A stretch of 32,000 bases of DNA from Candidatus Syntropharchaeum caldarium (GTDB taxonomy: Archaea > Halobacteriota > Syntropharchaeia > Syntropharchaeales > Syntropharchaeaceae), in the NCBI GenBank assembly GCA_001766815.1, contig LYOS01000001.1, forward strand, positions 300,001-332,000. Reading direction: 5' to 3'. The notes beneath the pieces are model-generated. The model was not told where the DNA came from and searched no databases. It was given only the letters and a program-made list of their open reading frames with translations. Position 1 is the first letter of the stretch. Every line of letters starts with the position of its first letter. A program made the translations under genes and the position numbers. Below are positions 1-7,548 of the stretch, piece by piece.

Positions 1-1
1 A

Positions 2-346
2 GTGACAGCTAAAAGATCGATGCTATTCATAACACACGATCTCGGGGCTGCAGCAGAGATCTGTGATAATATTGCTGTGATGTATGCCGGAGAGCTTCTT
101 GAACATGCCAGTGTAGATTCTATATTCAGTGAGCCGCTGCACCCTTACTCAGAAGGACTACTGAACTCTCTTCCAGAAAGAGGTCTAAAACCGATAAGAG
201 GTATCAGTCCGTCGCTTATCGATACGCCACAGGGATGCAGGTTTCACCCGAGATGTGATTATGCGATGGAGATATGCAGGGAAAAGCATCCTGAGATGGT
301 TAAATTAGAGGATGGACGTGCTGTGAGGTGTTTCCTGTATGCTTGA
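2..346 (+). CDS. ABC transporter ATP-binding protein, Opp/Dpp/Nik family, C-terminal part (5' end outside window)
   Basis: The translation carries the H-loop region 'LFITHDLG' and the family-specific C-terminal tail 'HPYSEGLLNSLP...GCRFHPRC...C'. The stop overlaps the next start (ATGCTTGA). Confidence 0.85.
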   Translation: MTAKRSMLFITHDLGAAAEICDNIAVMYAGELLEHASVDSIFSEPLHPYSEGLLNSLPERGLKPIRGISPSLIDTPQGCRFHPRCDYAMEICREKHPEMVKLEDGRAVRCFLYA

Positions 347-1100
347 AGTTAAAGGCCTCAGCAAGTATTTTTCTTCAGGAATATTAAGAAAGCGTTACAC
401 AAAAGCCGTGGATGATGTAAATTTCAGTATAAAGAGGGGTGAGACGCTCGGGCTTGTGGGGGAGAGTGGATGCGGTAAAACAACGCTCGGGAGATCCATC
501 CTGCGGCTCATTGAACCAACCGCTGGGAAAGTCCTCTTCGATGGTATAGATATACTAAAACTGAATAAGAAAGAGCTTAGAACTTTCAGACCCAGGATGC
601 AGATGATCTTTCAGGATCCCGATGCATCGCTGAATCCCAGAATTAAGATCAAAGAAAGTATTGCAGAGCCATTGAAGCTTCAGAGGGTGGAAAAATGTGA
701 GATTGAGGGAAAGGTTCAGGAACTTATGGAAAAGGTGGGATTGAGTCCTGAGCATGCAAACCGCTATCCACACCAGTTGAGCGGTGGACAGAATCAGAGG
801 GTCGTTCTTGCAAGGGTACTTGCTCTAAATCCTGATTTTATCGTTGCAGATGAGCCTACTTCCGCCTTAGATGTCTCTGTTCAGGCGCAGATCTTGAATC
901 TGATACAGGATCTAAAACGTGAGCTTAACCTGACGCTTCTTTTTATATCGCATGATCTTGAGGTTGTGCGGTATATGAGCGACAGGATCGCGGTGATGTA
1001 TGGTGGTAAGATCGTTGAGATGGGGGATGTGGAAGATATATTCAATAACGCAAAGCACCCTTATACAAAGCTGCTCGTGTCAGGAAAGGAGGTGGTATGA
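339..1100 (+). CDS. ABC transporter ATP-binding protein, Opp/Dpp/Nik family (DppF/OppF/NikE-like)
   Basis: Walker A 'GESGCGKTT', signature 'LSGGQNQR', Walker B 'FIVADEPTSALD', H-loop 'FISHDL', C-terminal 'HPYTKLL'. ATGA overlap with the next gene. Confidence 0.9.
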   Translation: MLEVKGLSKYFSSGILRKRYTKAVDDVNFSIKRGETLGLVGESGCGKTTLGRSILRLIEPTAGKVLFDGIDILKLNKKELRTFRPRMQMIFQDPDASLNPRIKIKESIAEPLKLQRVEKCEIEGKVQELMEKVGLSPEHANRYPHQLSGGQNQRVVLARVLALNPDFIVADEPTSALDVSVQAQILNLIQDLKRELNLTLLFISHDLEVVRYMSDRIAVMYGGKIVEMGDVEDIFNNAKHPYTKLLVSGKEVV

Positions 1101-1918
1101 TCAGAGCCATAGACTGGAACAAACGCTGGATGGAAGCGATGGAGAATAGTTCATTGAGAAGATGTCGTGAGAATATGACAGCATTCTGGAACAGAAGAGC
1201 CAGGCGATATAACGAAGCGGTGAAACGTAATAATCGTTCGATGGAGATGATATCGAAGTTAGATATCGATCCAGCGTACACTGTACTTGATATTGGTGCA
1301 GGACCTGGCACGCTAACGATTCCACTTGCAAAGCGGGTGAAACATGTAACGGTCGTAGAGCCCTCCAGTGGGATGCTCGTCTGTCTGAAGGAGAATGCAA
1401 GAAGTGAGGGATTGAAAAATATAACCTGCATAAACAAGAGATGGGAGGATATCGTCCCTGGAGTCGATCTTGATGAGCACGATCTTGTGATAGCATCCTA
1501 CTCGCTCGCGATGCTGGATATGAAAGAAGCACTCTCGAAGATGAACAGGGTTGCAAGACGATCTGTTTATCTATTTGACTTTGCAGGAGGTCGTATGAAG
1601 GGCTACAGTGAACTCTGGCCCAGGCTGTACGGTGAGGAATTTCGAGCAAGGCCTGATTACATCTATCTCTACAACATCCTCTATGAGATGGGGATCTATG
1701 CAAACGTTGAGATCTCAAAGACCGAGTTCAAAGAGCGATTTTCAAGTCTAAATGAGGCGATAGAGGAATGGAAGGAGAATCTTGGTGTATCAACGCCAGA
1801 AGCAGAGGAAGTGATAAGAACCTATCTCTCAGCGAATCTGGTCGAAGAAGACGGTGCGTTCTACTTGAAGAATGAAATAAAGTCTGCGATGATCTGGTGG
1901 AAGAAAACAGACGGATAA
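1097..1918 (+). CDS. class I SAM-dependent methyltransferase
   Basis: SAM-binding motif I 'VLDIGAGPGTLTIPLA' followed by an acidic 'VVEPS' motif II. Size is 273 aa. The substrate cannot be determined from sequence. Confidence 0.75.
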   Translation: MIRAIDWNKRWMEAMENSSLRRCRENMTAFWNRRARRYNEAVKRNNRSMEMISKLDIDPAYTVLDIGAGPGTLTIPLAKRVKHVTVVEPSSGMLVCLKENARSEGLKNITCINKRWEDIVPGVDLDEHDLVIASYSLAMLDMKEALSKMNRVARRSVYLFDFAGGRMKGYSELWPRLYGEEFRARPDYIYLYNILYEMGIYANVEISKTEFKERFSSLNEAIEEWKENLGVSTPEAEEVIRTYLSANLVEEDGAFYLKNEIKSAMIWWKKTDG

Positions 1919-1955
1919 AGTGCTGATCTTGAAGAAAGGTAGTTTTACTGAACAA

Positions 1956-2004
1956 TTTTTGATCTTATCTAATATTACTAATATCAAAAACTTTATTAAT
2001 TAAG
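1956..2004 (+). promoter_or_regulatory. candidate archaeal promoter of the first binding-protein gene: inverted repeat plus TATA-like box
   Basis: An AT-rich TATA-like 'TTTATTAATTAAG' lies at 1992-2004, about 46 nt upstream of the ATG. A GGAGG RBS sits at 2036-2040. Immediately upstream, 'TTTTTGAT' (1956-1963) and 'ATCAAAAA' (1983-1990) form perfect 8-nt inverted arms. Confidence 0.45.
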
Positions 2005-2049
2005 AACCTGATTCTATTTTAACCTTAAGAGGAACGGAGGAATTACTGA

Positions 2050-2310
2050 ATGAATCTGAATAAGATTGGTAGTTTAGCGATGGCAACTTTGATGGTCCTT
2101 GCGTCTGTTACGCTTCTGAGCATTGTGCCAGTATCGGCATCAGATGATTTCACATTGGGCATCTATGGCAATGCAAACCAGGATGATACAATCGATATGC
2201 GGGATGTGACAAAGATCGCACGGATGATCTGCTGGCTCGAGGATGAGGTGGATTTAGCAGATGCGAAGTACGATGGGAATATAAATGTGCTTGATATAAT
2301 CCAGACTGAG
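2050..2310 (+). repeat. approx. 260-nt signal-peptide+dockerin coding module, near-identical copy A (partner at 4735-4995)
   Basis: By eye there are only about 4 mismatches across about 260 nt versus 4735-4995. Similarity then drops abruptly, and the remaining parts of the two proteins are only distantly similar. Confidence 0.9.
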
Positions 2311-3336
2311 CTGATCATTCTGGGGAGGGAGAAGGAGCTTACACTCATAGATGAAGTCGATAGAATCGTGACGGTCGAGAAGCCGGTAGAACGAATGGTC
2401 GTCTCGTATCACGCGACAGCCGGAGTTATCAAAGCAATTGGAGCAGAGGACAAAGTAGTCGGTGTGAGCTCCACCATAGTGTCGGCAGAGTTATTGTTCC
2501 CTGAGTTAAGTCAACTCCCCTCCATTGGCTCCACGTGGGCGCCAGACGTTGAGAGCATACTGATGCTTGAGCCAGATCTCGTCCTCACGATTACATCCGG
2601 TAGCAAAACTGAGACGCTTGCAGAGCAACTTGAGGGAACCGGCATATCTGTTATTGGCGCATACTGCACCAGTCCACTTACATACACAGAAACGGTGGAA
2701 AAGCTTGCGTACATCCTTGATAAGAGGACGGAAGCTGAAGAGTACATTGATTGGTACGAAGGCTACACAGATCTGATCAAAGATCGAACAGAAGAGCTGA
2801 CAGAAGAGGATAAGCCACGAGTATTTGGCACCTATAAATACAACGAAGAATGGAAGACGTACGGTAATGCCAACCAGGGTGCAAATCAGATGATCAAGAT
2901 GGCAGGCGGCATCAATATCGCCGGGGATCTTCCAGGTGGCTGGATCACGGTGGACCCTGAGTGGGTGCTTGAGGAGAATCCGTCTATCATATTCGTGCAA
3001 TCAGGGTGGCCCCCTCATACCTTTGGCTATGACGTAGATGACATATCAGAAGCAAAAGCGTTCAGAGAAGAGTTCATGAGTCTCCCTGTATTTGAGAACA
3101 TGGACGCAGTGGAGAATGAAGAAGTCTATCTACTGCATGGTGATTCAATGGTGTGGCGGAGCTGGTTCATCGGACAAGTATACCTTGCAAAATGGTTCCA
3201 TCCGGAGCTATTCGAGGATCTGGATCCAAAGGCAATCCATCAGGAATGGTTGACAGAATTTCTGGGGATAGACTACGATCTGGACGAGCACGGTGTATTC
3301 GTATATCATCCGGAGAAGCATCCGGATGGAAAGTAG
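2050..3336 (+). CDS. FepB/BtuF-type (Peripla_BP_2-like) ABC substrate-binding protein with N-terminal signal peptide and dockerin module (paralog 1)
   Basis: A hydrophobic signal sequence 'LAMATLMVLASVTLLSIVPVSA' is followed by two dockerin-like Ca-loop/helix repeats, 'GNANQDDTIDMRDVTKIARMI' and 'ADAKYDGNINVLDIIQTELIIL'. The binding-protein body then follows ('RMVVSYHATAGVIKAIGAEDKVVGVS', 'LEPDLVL', 'WF'-rich C-terminus). It sits in a cluster with a FecCD permease and a FepC ATPase. Confidence 0.8.
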   Translation: MNLNKIGSLAMATLMVLASVTLLSIVPVSASDDFTLGIYGNANQDDTIDMRDVTKIARMICWLEDEVDLADAKYDGNINVLDIIQTELIILGREKELTLIDEVDRIVTVEKPVERMVVSYHATAGVIKAIGAEDKVVGVSSTIVSAELLFPELSQLPSIGSTWAPDVESILMLEPDLVLTITSGSKTETLAEQLEGTGISVIGAYCTSPLTYTETVEKLAYILDKRTEAEEYIDWYEGYTDLIKDRTEELTEEDKPRVFGTYKYNEEWKTYGNANQGANQMIKMAGGINIAGDLPGGWITVDPEWVLEENPSIIFVQSGWPPHTFGYDVDDISEAKAFREEFMSLPVFENMDAVENEEVYLLHGDSMVWRSWFIGQVYLAKWFHPELFEDLDPKAIHQEWLTEFLGIDYDLDEHGVFVYHPEKHPDGK

Positions 3337-3399
3337 GGGCACGGTGTATTCGTGTATCTACCGCTGGAGAGTTGATATGATTAAAAGGAGGCAACGAAC

Positions 3400-4657
3400 A
3401 TGAAAACGAACGCAATATTACTTGGAATAACCATGACTTTGCTGCTGACGTCGCCGGCGGCTGCATCAGACTACACCCTCGGAATCTTCGGGAACGCAAA
3501 CGAGGATGACACAATAAACATGCAGGATGTGACGTACACTGAGCTCATCATCCTCGAATACAGAGACCGAACAAGAACTTGCGGATGCCAAGTATGATGG
3601 CAGGATCAACATGCAAGATGTAACACAGACCGAGCTGACCATTCTGGGGAGAGATAAAACTCTGACGGTAATCGATGATACCGGAGAGACAGTAACACTA
3701 TCCGAGCCGGTAGAGAGCTTTGTGTATCATGGACATAACGCATACGTCTACGAAACCTTGCGCGCAATCGGTGCAGCGGATAGAATCGTTGGTGTCAGTG
3801 ATCGATTCGTCACACCAGGCAAGTGCAGATATAGCGAGGCTTATTTCCCTGAACTCCTCGTCGGTTGCACAAATGTCGGCCTACTTAAATCGCCTGACTA
3901 TGAAGTGGTAAACACGCTGAGACCGGATCTTGTGATCAGTGATGAAGAGAAATATTATGACAGGACGAAAACCCCGGGCATTCCTGTTATAGCCCTGGAT
4001 GTAAAGATGGAGCAATTTACAGAGAACACAATGAAGTACGGGTATATCTTCGATAAGGTGGAGGAAGCAGAGGAGTACATCAACTGGCGCAATGGATGGC
4101 GGGACACGATCGAGGAACGAACCGCCGGACTCTCAGAGGATGAAAAACCGCTGGTATACTTCGGCGCCACATACACACCCGGATCTACAACCACCGCAAT
4201 CTATGCCGAGTATAGAGGTGCATTGGTTCGACTGGCAGGAGGAAAAAATTTGGGAGATGAACTACCAGGCGCCGTTGGTTACAATAAAATAGATCCAGAG
4301 TGGATAATAGACCGAAATCCTGACGTTGCAATATTTGCAGCAGGAAATACATACTGTGGCTATGACATCGACGATACATCAGCAATGGCAGCATTTAGCG
4401 CGGATTTCTTGAATTCTCCTAATTTCGCTGAGGTCAACGCAGTGACGAATAAACAGGTTTACATAATAAACTTTCCACATTTCGTAGTTGGTGGAGCGAG
4501 TGGCATGTTGGCAAGTGCATACTTTGCAAAATGGCTCCACCCAGATCTCTTCGAAGATATGGATCCACAGGAGATACAGCAAGAATTTATAACTGAATTC
4601 CAGCACATAGACTTCGATGTGGAGGAACACGGCACGTTCGTTTATCCCGAGATGTGA
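3400..4657 (+). pseudogene. dockerin-tagged FepB/BtuF-type binding protein, paralog 2, interrupted by a +1 frameshift inside the dockerin module
   Basis: ORF 3400-3597 encodes a signal peptide and the first dockerin repeat ('GNANEDDTINMQDVTYTELIIL'), then runs into a stop. The +1 frame is open from 3533 and reads 'TETEQELADAKYDGRINMQDVTQTELTILG...', continuing as ORF 3611-4657 (binding-protein body). The frame switch must lie at about 3555-3575. Confidence 0.7.
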
Positions 4658-4680
4658 GAAATGAAGCTAAAAAAGACGAT

Positions 4681-4706
4681 CCGGGCGGAATCCCGGTTTT
4701 TATTTA
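4681..4706 (+). terminator. candidate terminator: short GC hairpin followed by a T-tract
   Basis: 'CCGGG-CGGAAT-CCCGG' (5-bp stem) is directly followed by 'TTTTTATTT', 24 nt after the paralog-2 stop. Confidence 0.35.
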
Positions 4707-4734
4707 ATTTGAATGAAGTAAGGAGGTATGGCGA

Positions 4735-4995
4735 ATGAATCTGAATAAGATTGGTAGTTTAGCGATGGCAACTTTGATAGTCCTTGCGTCTGTTACGCTT
4801 CTGAGCATTGTGCCAGTATCGGCATCAGATGATTTCACATTGGGCATCTATGGCAATGCAAACCAGGATGATACAATCGATATGCGGGATGTCACAAAGA
4901 TCGCACGGATGATCTGCTGGCTCGAGGATGAGGTGGATTTAGCAGATGCAAAGTACGATGGGAATATAAATGTGCTTGATATAATCCAGACCGAG
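4735..4995 (+). repeat. approx. 260-nt signal-peptide+dockerin coding module, near-identical copy B (partner at 2050-2310)
   Basis: See copy A. Mismatches noted at ATG->ATA (M/I), GTG->GTC, GCG->GCA and ACT->ACC; three of the four are synonymous. Confidence 0.9.
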
Positions 4996-6000
4996 CTTGT
5001 TATACTTGGAAGAGAGAAGGAGTTAACGGTTCTTGATTCTGCTGACAGGACGGTGACGATACCCAGGCCCATCGAGAGAATCGTCGTATTCAACTCTGAG
5101 ACGGTTGAGACGATGCGATCACTCAGAGCAACTGAAAAAATAGTCGGCGTTGGTAAATACACGATTAGGGATGGGATCTTCTTCCCTGAGTTTGCCGACT
5201 ACCCAAATGTAGGGTCAGTATGGTCACCAGACTATGAAGGTGTGGTAAGCTGCAACCCGGATCTCGTATTCCTCTACGGGACGTGCTCTGTGAGCTACTG
5301 TGATGAGATTCAGAATAAGCTTGAGGAACTCGATCCAGCGATTACAGTGGTTCGTCTCGACTGCTATAAGCCAGAAAGCTACATACGTGAAGTGGCAGAG
5401 CTTGGATACATTCTCAATCATGTGAGTGATGCCGATAACTTCATCAGATTTTACGATGGTTACATGGAAACGATCAGGGATCGGGTCAAGGATATCCCAG
5501 AGAATGAACGGCCAGAGGTCTACTTTGAGGCGTGGAGGCCATATCACACCGCAGGAATAGGGGCAGGGTGGCACGAGAAGGTCGTGTATGCCGGAGGTAA
5601 GAATATCTTTGACGATCTTAGCGGTTATCCCGACGTGGATCAGGAAGAGGTCGTGGAGCGGGATCCTGAGATTATCATCAGAGCTGCAAAGGATGAGGGG
5701 GGTTATGACACGAGTGACGTAAGTGAGCTTTCAGAGATATGGGATGAGATCATGGCTCGACCTGAGCTTGCAAACGTCACAGCAGTGCAGAATCAAACGG
5801 TCTACATAATCGCAAACCCGATTCTCGGTGGTGTGAGGCACTTCATAGGTATCGGATACATGGCAAAGTGGTTCTACCCTGATCTCTTCACCGATCTGGA
5901 TCCAGAAATGGCTCATCGACAGTATCTGAGAGAGTTCCAGGGGCTTGATGAGAGCCTTGTCGATAATGGAGTGTTCGTCTATCCACCACAGGAAAGCTGA
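4735..6000 (+). CDS. FepB/BtuF-type ABC substrate-binding protein with N-terminal signal peptide and dockerin module (paralog 3)
   Basis: The first ~87 aa are essentially identical to paralog 1. The body is divergent but keeps the family layout ('RIVVFNSETVETMRSLRATEKIVGV', 'CNPDLVF', 'YMAKWFYPDLF'). An AGGAGG RBS lies upstream. Confidence 0.8.
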   Translation: MNLNKIGSLAMATLIVLASVTLLSIVPVSASDDFTLGIYGNANQDDTIDMRDVTKIARMICWLEDEVDLADAKYDGNINVLDIIQTELVILGREKELTVLDSADRTVTIPRPIERIVVFNSETVETMRSLRATEKIVGVGKYTIRDGIFFPEFADYPNVGSVWSPDYEGVVSCNPDLVFLYGTCSVSYCDEIQNKLEELDPAITVVRLDCYKPESYIREVAELGYILNHVSDADNFIRFYDGYMETIRDRVKDIPENERPEVYFEAWRPYHTAGIGAGWHEKVVYAGGKNIFDDLSGYPDVDQEEVVERDPEIIIRAAKDEGGYDTSDVSELSEIWDEIMARPELANVTAVQNQTVYIIANPILGGVRHFIGIGYMAKWFYPDLFTDLDPEMAHRQYLREFQGLDESLVDNGVFVYPPQES

Positions 6001-6027
6001 GTGCTTTCCTTTTATCTTTATATCAAT

Positions 6028-6801
6028 ATGATCGAAGTCAATGACTTAACCAAGTACTTCGGGAATCTTTGTGCGGTCGATCACGTCAGTCTGCACGTTG
6101 AGAACGGGATATTTGGACTCCTGGGTCCAAATGGGGCTGGAAAAAGCACAATTGTACGAATATTATCGACGCTTCTGAAGCCGACAGGGGGTAATGCCAC
6201 TATCTGTGGGTATGATGTTGCAAGAGAGCCAAAAAAAGTGAGGGAAGTGATCAGCTATGTGCCTCAGGAGATGGCGCTTGATATCAAGTTGACAGGCAGG
6301 GAGAACGCACTCCTCTACGCAAAGCTCTATGGTATCGCTGATAGATCCAGAAAGGTGGATGAGGTGCTCGAACTGATGGAACTGACCGCACGTTCTGATG
6401 ATCTGGTGAGGACATATTCTGGTGGTATGAGGCGGAGACTGGAGCTTGCACAGGCACTGGTACATGAACCAGAGGTACTTTTTCTCGATGAACCCACGCT
6501 TGGTCTTGATGTTGCAGCGAGAACGAAGATCTGGAGGCATATATTATCGTTGCAGGAGCAGGGCATCGTGATTTTTATGACAACCCATTACATGGAGGAA
6601 GCAGACGAGTACTGTGACACCGTGGCGATCATCGATCACGGGCGTATCGTTGCCCTTGACACACCAGAACGGCTGAAGAGTGAGATGAAGGGTGAGAAAA
6701 CGTCGCTGAACGATGTCTTCATAGATCGAGTCACAACACCCGAAGAAGAGAGTGTCTTTGATGGCTATAAATTTAGAACGATGCTGAGGCGACGGCGATG
6801 A
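6028..6801 (+). CDS. ABC-2 type exporter ATP-binding protein (DrrA/CcmA-like)
   Basis: Walker A 'GPNGAGKST', signature 'YSGGMRRRL', Walker B 'VLFLDEPTLGLD', H-loop 'TTHYMEEA'. The ATG at 6028 ('MIEVNDLTKYF') is preferred over the GTG at 6001 listed in the ORF track. ATGA overlap with the permease gene. Confidence 0.85.
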   Translation: MIEVNDLTKYFGNLCAVDHVSLHVENGIFGLLGPNGAGKSTIVRILSTLLKPTGGNATICGYDVAREPKKVREVISYVPQEMALDIKLTGRENALLYAKLYGIADRSRKVDEVLELMELTARSDDLVRTYSGGMRRRLELAQALVHEPEVLFLDEPTLGLDVAARTKIWRHILSLQEQGIVIFMTTHYMEEADEYCDTVAIIDHGRIVALDTPERLKSEMKGEKTSLNDVFIDRVTTPEEESVFDGYKFRTMLRRRR

Positions 6802-7526
6802 ATGCAACATGGTACTATTTTGAGAGAGATCTCGTTAAATGGATCCGCGGAAAGGTGACGGTATTCTCACATCTGGTGACCCCTGCGGCATGGCTCATAT
6901 TTGTTGGGCTTACACTCCCTGTGACATTCACTGATAATTATCTTGAGTATCTCACTCCCGGTATCATGGTGATGAGTGTACTCTTCGCAGCTCTCCAGAG
7001 CGGAAACCTCGTAATATTTGATAAAGTACTGGGATTTCTGAATAAGTTTTTTGCCATGCCTCCACCGAGAGAGAGTTATCTCTTTGGCACGATCCTGTTT
7101 ATAACATTTCGGGGCATTATACAGGCAACTGTGATATTTTGTGTCGCAGTCTTGCTTGGAATTACAATCTACAGCCTGAAGAGCGTTCTCTTAACCTACG
7201 TTGTCCTGTTCCTCTTTGGAATACTCTTTGCCTCGATTGCAACAACCATCGCACTTGCGGTTGATGACCACGATGGATATGCTGCGATAAACAGCATGAT
7301 CAGTATGCCCCTATTTTTCACAAGCACAGCTCTGATGCCCTATGATAAGATGCCAGACTGGCTCCAGATGGTGGCATCGGTGAATCCGGTAAGCTATGCT
7401 ATCGATAACGCGAGAGCGCTCCTGAGTGGAAGCAATCCGGTGATAGGGGAGATTGTGATGCTTGCAGTGGGGGCTGTGATCGTACTTACGATCTGTAGTT
7501 ATCTCTTCAGGAGAGCGACATTGTGA
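6798..7526 (+). CDS. ABC-2 type transporter permease
   Basis: 242 aa with about 6 hydrophobic segments. It is translationally coupled to the ABC-2 ATPase gene. Confidence 0.75.
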   Translation: MNATWYYFERDLVKWIRGKVTVFSHLVTPAAWLIFVGLTLPVTFTDNYLEYLTPGIMVMSVLFAALQSGNLVIFDKVLGFLNKFFAMPPPRESYLFGTILFITFRGIIQATVIFCVAVLLGITIYSLKSVLLTYVVLFLFGILFASIATTIALAVDDHDGYAAINSMISMPLFFTSTALMPYDKMPDWLQMVASVNPVSYAIDNARALLSGSNPVIGEIVMLAVGAVIVLTICSYLFRRATL

Positions 7527-7548
7527 TACGAACTGTACAGATAAGGAG

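Noticed and set aside
2-1100. Calling the two Opp/Dpp-family ATPases nikD/nikE (nickel import) because of the neighbouring Ni enzyme
   Set aside because: Opp, Dpp and Nik ATPases cannot be told apart from these motifs. The binding protein and permeases that would indicate specificity lie outside the window.
3334-3375. In-frame TAG followed by a plausible protein tail as a pyrrolysine/readthrough site
   Set aside because: The TAG context is better explained by a 51-nt tandem duplication leaving a relic terminus. No Pyl machinery or PYLIS-like evidence is visible in this window, and binding proteins are not known Pyl proteins.
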